Below are positions 7,879 through 15,218 of a DNA stretch of 64,000 nt, piece by piece. The DNA is from an uncultured Thermoleophilia bacterium. GTDB lineage: Bacteria > Actinomycetota > Thermoleophilia > UBA2241. Each line of letters begins with the position of its first letter. Positions within the stretch are counted from its first letter, which is position 1. Position numbers and translations under genes: made by a program. The stretch spans positions 32,001 through 96,000 of the forward strand of contig CAVPCT010000001.1 of NCBI GenBank assembly GCA_963702475.1. Direction: 5' to 3'. The notes under the pieces are model-generated. The model saw only the letters and a list, made by a program, of their open reading frames with translations. It was not told the DNA's origin and did not search any database.

Positions 7879-8892
7879 TCAGGCGCCCTCTCGCACCAGC
7901 CGGGCCAGCGCCTGGCCCTGCTCCTCCGGATCGTCGCTCTCTTCCGGGCGGGCGATCCGGTGCACCTCGACGCCCTCGAGCTCGAGCCCGCCGAGGGCGT
8001 CGATGTGCTCGGCGGGCAGAAAGCTGTAGACAGCCGCCACCCCGCTGCCGGACACGTAGGAACGAAGCACATCGCCGAGGCCGTGCTCGCGCCACCAGCG
8101 GCTGACCGGCTGCCCGTCGGGCAGCCGGGTCTGCATGGTCACGCCGTGCTCGCGGACCGGCTCCGTGGCCGTCAGCAGCCCGTAGAGCCCCGAGACGACG
8201 AGGCAGCACCGGCGCATCGTCTCGCGGTCGGCCGCGCTCCAGGAGCCCACCTCGGCGGCCGCGTAGAGCGAGCCTGTGTAGCGCTCGAGCGCCGGCAGGT
8301 AGGCGCGCCGGTTGCCGTCGCCGCCCAGATCGGGGCCGGCCGCCTCACCCACGAGCTCGGCGAGGGTCCTGCGGGCCTCGCCGAGCCGCGCTCCGGCATC
8401 GCCCAGCAGCGCGAGCGCCGTCGACTGCCGCCGCCACGTGGGGTCGCCACCTTGTCTCATCTGAGCGGAGTCCGGGATGAGGATGAGACCAGACACGAGG
8501 CCTCTCCCGGGGCCGCGGCCCGGGGTCTTCGCCGGCGTCTTCCGCGCGGCAGCCGGCTTCGCGGCGGCCGCGCGCGGCTTCGTCTTCACACCGCCGCGGG
8601 CGCTCTTGGCGGGCGTGTCCCTGCGAAAGGTCACGGTCTGCGCCCGCCGGTCGGTCCTGACGAACGACCAGCCGGCGTCGCGCCAGCCGCGGGCTTGAGG
8701 ATGGCCGCTTGCCTCCCGCCACCATTCGGCGTGGTTCGACGCCGCGGCCGGCAGCCGGAATCCGAGGATGTCTGCGAGCTGGTCGAACGTCAGCGTCACA
8801 CTGCTCGCATCCTGGCCCTTGAGATAGGCCGTCAGGGGTCCGTACCTGCCGGGCCCCGGCGGGTCCTTCGTCGGCTTCGCGCCTGGCGTCAT
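7879..8892 (-). CDS. Fusion of a DUF7662-like N-terminal domain, a basic linker and a YaaA (DUF328)-like domain
   Basis: N-terminal RYGPLTAYL..VTLTFDQLADILGFRLP..WW..QARGWRDAGW..VTFRR; C-terminal PALERYTGSLY and VVSGLYGLL. RBS AGAGGAG. Confidence 0.7.
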   Translation of the reverse strand: MTPGAKPTKDPPGPGRYGPLTAYLKGQDASSVTLTFDQLADILGFRLPAAASNHAEWWREASGHPQARGWRDAGWSFVRTDRRAQTVTFRRDTPAKSARGGVKTKPRAAAAKPAAARKTPAKTPGRGPGRGLVSGLILIPDSAQMRQGGDPTWRRQSTALALLGDAGARLGEARRTLAELVGEAAGPDLGGDGNRRAYLPALERYTGSLYAAAEVGSWSAADRETMRRCCLVVSGLYGLLTATEPVREHGVTMQTRLPDGQPVSRWWREHGLGDVLRSYVSGSGVAAVYSFLPAEHIDALGGLELEGVEVHRIARPEESDDPEEQGQALARLVREGA

Positions 8893-9034
8893 GGCGATCT
8901 CCTCTGTCAACGGGGGCGCGACGGAATGCGCTCCCACAGGTCCCAGCGATTGAGACGCGTTCCGTCGCCCTGCTTCACACTGGCGGCGCGTCATGCCGGC
9001 CGAACCCTATCTGACCGATCCTCATGCGATCACC

Positions 9035-9961
9035 TTAGTCCAGGTCGAGGACGCTGCCGGCGCCGGCTGTCACGAAGGCATCGCCGAAACGGTCGCGCAG
9101 CCGGTCCTTGCCGCGTTTGCCCGTGCAGTGGACGGGAGCGACGAGACCGACGCCGGCGCGTTCGAGGGCGTCGCAGGTGGCGTCGAGCCTGGCAGGACCG
9201 GCGTGCAGCAGGTGCATGCCGCCGATGACGGCGCGCACGCGCGGCAGACCGTCGACGGCGAGCGGCAAGCGTCGTCCGGCCGCCGCTGCGGCAGCATTCG
9301 CGGCCACGTCCGCGGCGGCCTCCCGCACCGCAGCCAGCGTGTTCACCACGCCGGCGTGGGCGCAGCCGAGCACGATCACCAGGCCGGACGCAGTGCTCGT
9401 CCACAGCGCCTGGTCGTCCACGACGTGGTCGCGGACGGTGCAGTCGCGGTCCAGGAAGAAGTTGCGCTCCGGCTCCTCGAGGTGCTCGCGGCGTGCGACC
9501 GGCCCGCTCGCCCACACGCCGGGAGCGACCTCAACGGGGCCGACCGCCCACGTGGCCCGCGCGGCCGCGGCGCGCAGCGCCGCGAGCGCCGGCCCGGGCA
9601 GGCCGATGGGATCGACCTTGCCGGTCCGCCCGAGCCAGTAGCGCGGCACGAGGGCGCCGGGGTGGAGCACCAGCCTGGCGTCCGGCGCGGCGGCGGTGAC
9701 CTGCGGCAGACCGCCGCCGTGGTCGCCGTGCCCGTGGCTCAGCACGACGGCGTTCGCGGCGGCGAGCGGCACGCCCAGCGCCGCCGCATTGCGCGCCACC
9801 AGCGTGTTCGCCCCACTGTCGAGCAGCACCCGGGCACCCGCCTTCTCGACCCACGCGGCGAAGCCCCACTGCGCGCGGACCCCGGGCACGGCCCGCTCGT
9901 TGTCGACCAGCAGGGTGACGCGCACCCGGCCGGGCTCCACACTCCGCCGCTCCGTCGTCAC
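9035..9961 (-). CDS. MBL-fold metallo-hydrolase
   Basis: LLDSG, SHGHGDHGGG, DDQAL, GCAHAG, GGMHL, HCTG. Confidence 0.9.
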   Translation of the reverse strand: MTTERRSVEPGRVRVTLLVDNERAVPGVRAQWGFAAWVEKAGARVLLDSGANTLVARNAAALGVPLAAANAVVLSHGHGDHGGGLPQVTAAAPDARLVLHPGALVPRYWLGRTGKVDPIGLPGPALAALRAAAARATWAVGPVEVAPGVWASGPVARREHLEEPERNFFLDRDCTVRDHVVDDQALWTSTASGLVIVLGCAHAGVVNTLAAVREAAADVAANAAAAAAGRRLPLAVDGLPRVRAVIGGMHLLHAGPARLDATCDALERAGVGLVAPVHCTGKRGKDRLRDRFGDAFVTAGAGSVLDLD

Positions 9962-10126
9962 GTCTGCGTCTCCCTTCGCGATGAGCCGGCATCGTCAGTG
10001 TACCGGTGCGCTCACCGGAGGCGGACCTTCTTCGGACCCCGTCGCGGGAACTCCGCCTCCATCGGCCGCTCCGGCTCGCCGGGGAGACCGCTCGGAAAAG
10101 GCATCACGGCCCGGGTGCGCCCCCCG

Positions 10127-10507
10127 AGCGCCGCCCTGTTCAGCGGCGGCGGCATCGTCATCCAGGACTTCGCGACGCTCTCCGGCAGGGTCTCGATCTA
10201 CTCCACGTCCGACGACTGCGGCGGCGCGGTCACGGCCAATCCCACGGTGCCCGAGGACTACACGGGTGTGGTGCGCGAGCGGGTCGTCGTGGGTCACCAC
10301 GTCGTTATCGGCGCCGGGACCGTGCTGCTGCCGGGGGTCACCATCGGGGAGGGCGCGGCCGTCGCCGCTCTGAGCCTCGTGACGGAGAGCCTGCAGTCGT
10401 GGACGACCTGCGCCGGAGCTCCCGTGCGCCGGCTTTTTCGCCGGTCCCGCGATCTGCTGGCGCTCGAGTCGGCCCTACGTTCGCGGGAGGACGAGGCGCG
10501 TCCGTGA
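10127..10507 (+). pseudogene. 5'-truncated hexapeptide-repeat (sugar O-) acetyltransferase
   Basis: DFATLSGRVSIYSTSDD..NPTVP..HVVIGAGTVLLPGVTIGEGAAV..AGAP. The N-terminal part and a convincing start/RBS are missing. Confidence 0.7.
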
Positions 10508-10520
10508 GGGGCGAGGTCAT

Positions 10521-10616
10521 GCCGAGGTGACCATGCACGGCGACCCCGGCAAGCTGGCCGAGCTCGAGGGCCTGCTCGGCCACTTCGGGTTCTGGTTTGA
10601 CCTCGTGACGCTCTAG
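10521..10616 (+). pseudogene. C-terminal tail of an alkyl-sulfatase (SCP2-like domain) gene
   Basis: AEVTMHGDPGKLAELEGLLGHFGFWFDLVTL-stop resembles the GD...L..L..LLD.F...F.IVTP terminus of SdsA1/YjcS-type enzymes. Confidence 0.5.
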
Positions 10617-10741
10617 GCCGGGCGGCGGGTGCCGTCAGCTCGCGCCCGGCTCCCGGGTTCGACCGCGGGGCCGGGCGCCGGCCTATCGGACGTCCGCGCG
10701 GGCCACGAGGTCGTCGCGGCTGCGCGCGAGATCGCGAAGCC

Positions 10742-10850
10742 TCAGGCCGCCGCGCCGGACCACGGCTTGATACGCGCGAGCTCGTCCGCCAGCGCCTCCT
10801 GGGCGACCTCGGTGTCATAGGCGGCCGGGATCAAGCCGTCATAGCGGACA
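10742..10850 (-). pseudogene. Possible C-terminal gene remnant of unknown family
   Basis: RYDGLIPAAYDTEVAQEALADELARIKPWSGAAA-stop has coding-like codon usage but no RBS or start. Confidence 0.3.
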
Positions 10851-10963
10851 GCGTGCGCGCAGCCGGGGGCGAAGACCGGAGCGGGGCGGCTCTGGTCTTG
10901 CCAGGACGGGCACACTGTGAGCATGTGTCGCGTGTCGAAACGGTCCGAGACAGGAGGGTGTGT

Positions 10964-11176
10964 ATGCCGGATGTGCTCATTGCGGCGACGTTCTGGACGT
11001 TCCTTTGGTGGATCATCGCAGTCGTCGTCTGGGTGCTCTTCATCTACTTCACGTTCCTGCTCGCCGCGAGCAAGGGGCGCAGTCCGTTCCTCTGGGTGAT
11101 CCTGGCGATCTTCTTCCCGCTGATCACCATCATCGTGCTGCTGATCATCCCGTCCAAAGCCAGGCCACCGGTCTGA
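10964..11176 (+). CDS. Small two-TM membrane protein (70 aa)
   Basis: RBS AGGAGG; LAASKGRSPFLWVILAIFF motif; paralog at 52575-52772. Confidence 0.8.
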   Translation: MPDVLIAATFWTFLWWIIAVVVWVLFIYFTFLLAASKGRSPFLWVILAIFFPLITIIVLLIIPSKARPPV

Positions 11177-11192
11177 CCGAGGCGCAACGGTT

Positions 11193-11235
11193 GCGAAGAG
11201 GCCCGCCGCCCGGAAGGGGTGGCGGGCCTCTTCGC
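11193..11235. terminator. Long hairpin terminator
   Basis: GCGAAGAGGCCCGCCGCCC / GGGTGGCGGGCCTCTTCGC. Confidence 0.75.
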
Positions 11236-11285
11236 GTCGCCGGTCCGGCGCTCCTCCTCGCGTCGCCGGCTCACCTCCCTCTCAC

Positions 11286-11327
11286 TTGACAGTGCCGCTG
11301 GTGTGCGGTAGTTATCGTGAGATAACT
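11286..11327 (+). promoter_or_regulatory. Sigma70 promoter with overlapping palindromic operator
   Basis: TTGACA-N17-TAGTTA; perfect inverted repeat AGTTATC-gtga-GATAACT at 11310-11327. Confidence 0.75.
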
Positions 11328-11349
11328 GTTTGCGAGTGAGAGACACCTT

Positions 11350-11853
11350 GTGTCGCAGCGTACCGAGGATCTCAGCCGCCTGATGCCGCTGCTGCGGCAC
11401 GCCATCGCGCATCTCGGCGTCGAGCAGACGACGACCGGCAGGGCGCTCGGTCTGACCAACGCGCGGGTCATCGCCATGGATGCTCTCGACGCCGAGGACG
11501 GCTGCTCGATGGGCGAGCTCGCCCGCCGGCTCGAGCTGCCGTCCCCGCTGGCGACCCGGGTCGCGGACGAACTCGTTGATCGAGGGCTGGCGCTTCGCGG
11601 CGGAGACCCCCGCGACCGGCGCCGGGTCGTCGTGCGCCTTACCCCTGAGGGCCGGGGGGCGCTCAGGGCCATCCATCGCGAGGCCGAGGAGCTCGTCTCC
11701 ACCGTGCTCCTTCGCATGTCCGAGGAGGAGACGGCCTCGTTGCTCGTCGGCCTCAGGGCGTTCCTCCGCGCGCTGCACGCACCCAGCGAGGACGGGACTC
11801 CCGCGGCGCTTCCCGACCACGACCACACCTTCGCCACCGGGCGAGACCGATGA
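11350..11853 (+). CDS. MarR family transcriptional regulator
   Basis: SMGELARRL..ATRVADELVDRGL..DPRDRRRVVVRLTPEG. Confidence 0.93.
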   Translation: MSQRTEDLSRLMPLLRHAIAHLGVEQTTTGRALGLTNARVIAMDALDAEDGCSMGELARRLELPSPLATRVADELVDRGLALRGGDPRDRRRVVVRLTPEGRGALRAIHREAEELVSTVLLRMSEEETASLLVGLRAFLRALHAPSEDGTPAALPDHDHTFATGRDR

Positions 11854-12743
11854 ACCAGGCGAGCTCCCCCGTGTGGGAGCACGACCACTCCTTCGGGCAG
11901 GAGCTGCGGCGGCCCGGCGAGCGGCGGACGCTCGTCGTCATAGCGATCACCGCCGCCATGATGGTCGTGGAGGTCGTCGCCGGCCTGGCGTTCTCGTCGA
12001 TGGCCCTTCTGGCGGACGGCCTGCACATGGCCTCGCACACCGTCGCGCTGAGCATCGCGGCCTTCGCCTACATCTACGCGCGCCGTCACGCCCACGACCG
12101 CAGGTTCAGCTTCGGGAGCGGCAAGGTGAACGCGCTCGGCGGGTTCACCGGGGCCGTACTGCTGGCGTCGTTCGCCGCGTTCATGGCCGCGGGAAGCGTC
12201 GAGCGCTTCGTGCATCCGGCCGCGATCCGCTACGACTCCGCTATCCTGGTCGCCGTGGTCGGACTGGTCGTCAACGGCGCCTGCGCCGTGATCCTCAACG
12301 TGAAGGACCCCCACCACGACCATCACGACCACAACCTCCGCTCGGCCCACCTGCACGTGCTCGCGGACGCGCTCACCTCCCTGCTGGCGATCGTGGCATT
12401 GCTCACGGCCAAGTACGTCGGCCTCACCTGGATGGACCCGCTCATGGGCATCGTCGGCGCCGTGCTGGTCGGGCGCTGGTCGTTCGGCCTGATGCGCGCA
12501 TCTGGCCGTGTGCTGCTCGACAGGGAGGCGCCGGAGGAGCTGCGACGCCGTCTCGTGCGCTGCATCGAGGAGGGTGACGTCGCCGACGTCGCCGACCTTC
12601 ACCTGTGGTCGATCGCGCCGGGCATCTACGCCGCGGAGCTGGTCGTCGTGTCGCCCGAGCCGCTCGCGCCCGACGCCTACAAGGCGATGCTTCCCGCCGC
12701 CCTCGGTCTCGGGCACGTCGCGGTGGAGGTCCACCGCCGCTGA
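11850..12743 (+). CDS. dmeF: CDF family Co/Ni/Zn efflux transporter (DmeF-like)
   Basis: HDHSFGQ, SMALLADGLHMASH, His-rich loop HHDHHDHNLRSAHLHVLADA, DLHLW. ATGA overlap with the MarR gene. Confidence 0.85.
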   Translation: MNQASSPVWEHDHSFGQELRRPGERRTLVVIAITAAMMVVEVVAGLAFSSMALLADGLHMASHTVALSIAAFAYIYARRHAHDRRFSFGSGKVNALGGFTGAVLLASFAAFMAAGSVERFVHPAAIRYDSAILVAVVGLVVNGACAVILNVKDPHHDHHDHNLRSAHLHVLADALTSLLAIVALLTAKYVGLTWMDPLMGIVGAVLVGRWSFGLMRASGRVLLDREAPEELRRRLVRCIEEGDVADVADLHLWSIAPGIYAAELVVVSPEPLAPDAYKAMLPAALGLGHVAVEVHRR

Positions 12744-12939
12744 AGACGGCGCCGCGTCGGTCCGGCGCGCCCGGCGGTTGCTGGCGGCGCGGCCGTCTGT
12801 CGACGGCACGTTTGGTCCGGACTGCCCCTGAGGCCGGGTCGAGGGTACGATGGCAGCGTCGGCCGGGTCCCGGCGGGGCGTGCCGGGGCCGGGATCCTCG
12901 CGACGCCCGGCGTCGCGTCCGCGTCTGTGGAGGTGTTCC

Positions 12940-14178
12940 GTGCGCAAGGCTGCAAGCGTGTCGGTTCTCGTGGGACTTCTCGTCGTGCTGTGCTCACTCG
13001 TGCCGGCGGTCGCCGCCGCGGGGGGCTGGGAGAGTCAGGCCTCGGGTACGACGCGGTCGCTGAAGGCTGTCGCCTTCGCGGATGCGACGCACGGCTGGGT
13101 CGTGGGAGAGGTGGGGGCCATCCGTGCGACCGGTGATGGCGGTTCGACCTGGAAGGCACAGGCCTCCGGGACCGATCAGGAGCTCTACGGCGTAGCGTTC
13201 GGCGACGCGAAGCACGGGTGGGCGGTCGGCGAGGGTGGCATCCTCGTCGCCACAGCGGACGGCGGCGCGTCGTGGGCGCCGCAGATGTCTGCGGCGCAGA
13301 ACGCGCTGTTCGGTGCGGCGGCGACCGACGCGGCCCACGCCTGGGCCGTCGGACTCGGCGGCACGATCGTCGCGACGACCGACGGCGGAGACCACTGGGC
13401 GGCCCAGACGTCGGGCACGAACGTGCCCCTGAGCGCCGTCGCCTTCGTCGACACGTCTCGCGGGTGGGCCGTGGGCTCCGGAGGTGCGATCCTCGCTACC
13501 TCCGACGGCGGAGTCCGCTGGACCCCGCAGGCCTCGGGGAGCACGGCGGACCTGCGGGCGGTCGCGTTCGCAGACGCGTCGCACGGCTGGGCCGTCGGCA
13601 ACGACGGGGTCGGCGGCGTCATCCTCGCCACGAAGGACGGCGGAGCCACCTGGGCGCCCCAGAGTCTGGGCGCCTCGTACAAGGTCGCGTGGCTCACCGG
13701 CATCGCCACCGCGGGCGCCTCGCGCGCCTGGGCGGTGGGCAACTGGGGCTCCATCCTCGCCACCGGCAACGCCGGCGATACCTGGTCGGCGCAGAGCTCG
13801 GGGAGCAGCGACAACCTCACCGGCGTGTGCGTCGCCGACGCGTCGCGCGGCTGGGTCTGCGGCTGGAACGGCACTGTTCTCGCTACCGCGAGCGGGGGTC
13901 AGGAGCCGCAGCCGTCAGCCGCGCCGGTCATCACCGGCCTCAGCCCGTCCTCGGCCAGGCGCGGCGCCGTGGTCACCGTGAAGGGCCGGGACTTCGGCGC
14001 CGCGCGCGGCGCCGGCACGGTGCGCTTCGGCGCCGCCGTGTGCACGGCGTACGTCTCGTGGAGCGTCTCGGCGATCCGCTGCAAGGTGCCTGGCAAGGCT
14101 GCCATCGGCGCCGTCAAGGTCACGGTGACCACTGCCTCCGGCACGAGCAACGCCAAGAGCCTGCGGGTGAAGAGGTAG
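12940..14178 (+). CDS. Secreted YCF48/BNR-repeat beta-propeller protein with C-terminal IPT/TIG domain
   Basis: RBS GGAGG, signal peptide, about 7-8 repeats of AVAF.D..HGWAVG..G.I.AT.DGG.TW..Q.SG, then ITGLSPSSARRG IPT domain. Confidence 0.88.
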   Translation: MRKAASVSVLVGLLVVLCSLVPAVAAAGGWESQASGTTRSLKAVAFADATHGWVVGEVGAIRATGDGGSTWKAQASGTDQELYGVAFGDAKHGWAVGEGGILVATADGGASWAPQMSAAQNALFGAAATDAAHAWAVGLGGTIVATTDGGDHWAAQTSGTNVPLSAVAFVDTSRGWAVGSGGAILATSDGGVRWTPQASGSTADLRAVAFADASHGWAVGNDGVGGVILATKDGGATWAPQSLGASYKVAWLTGIATAGASRAWAVGNWGSILATGNAGDTWSAQSSGSSDNLTGVCVADASRGWVCGWNGTVLATASGGQEPQPSAAPVITGLSPSSARRGAVVTVKGRDFGAARGAGTVRFGAAVCTAYVSWSVSAIRCKVPGKAAIGAVKVTVTTASGTSNAKSLRVKR

Positions 14179-14223
14179 CGGCGGACTCGCCGGCGCAGGC
14201 GTTCGTCGGAGGAGGGCCGCTCT

Positions 14224-15216
14224 GTGTCGCTCGTCGTCGTGACCGGTGCTTCCGGGCTCGTGGGGGCCAATCTGGTGCGGGACCTCGTGCGTGAGGGGAG
14301 GCAGGTCCGCGTGCTGGTGCGCGCCGACACGCGCGCCGTGGATGGGCTCCCGGTCGAGCTGGCGCGAGGCGACCTGCGTGACGCGGCGGCCGTGTCGAAG
14401 GCGGTGGCCGGAGCCGACGCGGTGTACCACATGGCCGGTTCCATCAGCGTCGGGCAGCTCCCGCCGGCGTACGTGCACGCCGTCAACGTCGGCGGCACGG
14501 AGAACGTCGTCCGGGCTTGCACGGCGTGGGGCGTGGGGCGGCTGGTCTACTGCAGCTCCGTCCACGCTCTCGACCACCGGCCGGACGAGGTGCCTGTCGA
14601 CGAGCAGCGCCCGCTGTGGACCGACGACCGGCACTGCTCGACCTACGACTTCTCCAAGGCCACCGCGGAGCGCGTCGTGCTCGGCGCCGTCCGGCAGGGA
14701 CTGCACGCGGTCATCGTCAACCCGACTGCCATCGTCGGCCCCTGCGATTTCAAGCCCTCGTGGATCGGCCGGTTCCTCCTCCGGCTGGCTCACGGCCGCC
14801 AGCCGGTGCTGATGGACGCGGGCTTCGACTGGGTGGACGCGCGCGACGTGGCCGCAGGGGCGCGGGCCGCCGAGCGGCTCGGCCGGGCCGGGGAGCGCTA
14901 TCTGCTCTCCGGCCACTGGTGCTCACTGCCCGACATGGCGGCCCTGGTCGCTCGGGCTACGGGCCGGACCCTGCGCAACATCACGCTCCCGGTGGGGTGG
15001 GCGCAGGCGCTGGCCCGCCCGTACGCGTCCGCGAACCGGCTGGTCGGGAGGGTCACGCCGATCACGCCCGAGGCCGTGGAGGCCACACGTCACTGCCGCC
15101 TCGTGAGCCGCGCCAAGGCGGGCGCCGAGCTCGGCTACGCGCCGCGGCCGCTGCCCGAGACGCTGGCCGACACCGTCGCCTGGCTGGACGGCCGCGCGCG
15201 ATACACTCCGTCCTGA
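14224..15216 (+). CDS. NAD-dependent epimerase/dehydratase (dihydroflavonol-reductase/HpnA-like)
   Basis: TGASGLVG, NVGGTENV, YDFSK (YxxxK), VDARDVA. Confidence 0.92.
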   Translation: MSLVVVTGASGLVGANLVRDLVREGRQVRVLVRADTRAVDGLPVELARGDLRDAAAVSKAVAGADAVYHMAGSISVGQLPPAYVHAVNVGGTENVVRACTAWGVGRLVYCSSVHALDHRPDEVPVDEQRPLWTDDRHCSTYDFSKATAERVVLGAVRQGLHAVIVNPTAIVGPCDFKPSWIGRFLLRLAHGRQPVLMDAGFDWVDARDVAAGARAAERLGRAGERYLLSGHWCSLPDMAALVARATGRTLRNITLPVGWAQALARPYASANRLVGRVTPITPEAVEATRHCRLVSRAKAGAELGYAPRPLPETLADTVAWLDGRARYTPS

Positions 15217-15218
15217 CG

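Noticed and set aside
13020-13900. Regularly spaced repeats that could be mistaken for a CRISPR or tandem array
   Set aside because: They are degenerate in-frame YCF48/BNR protein repeats, with no identical DNA repeats, no spacers and no cas genes.
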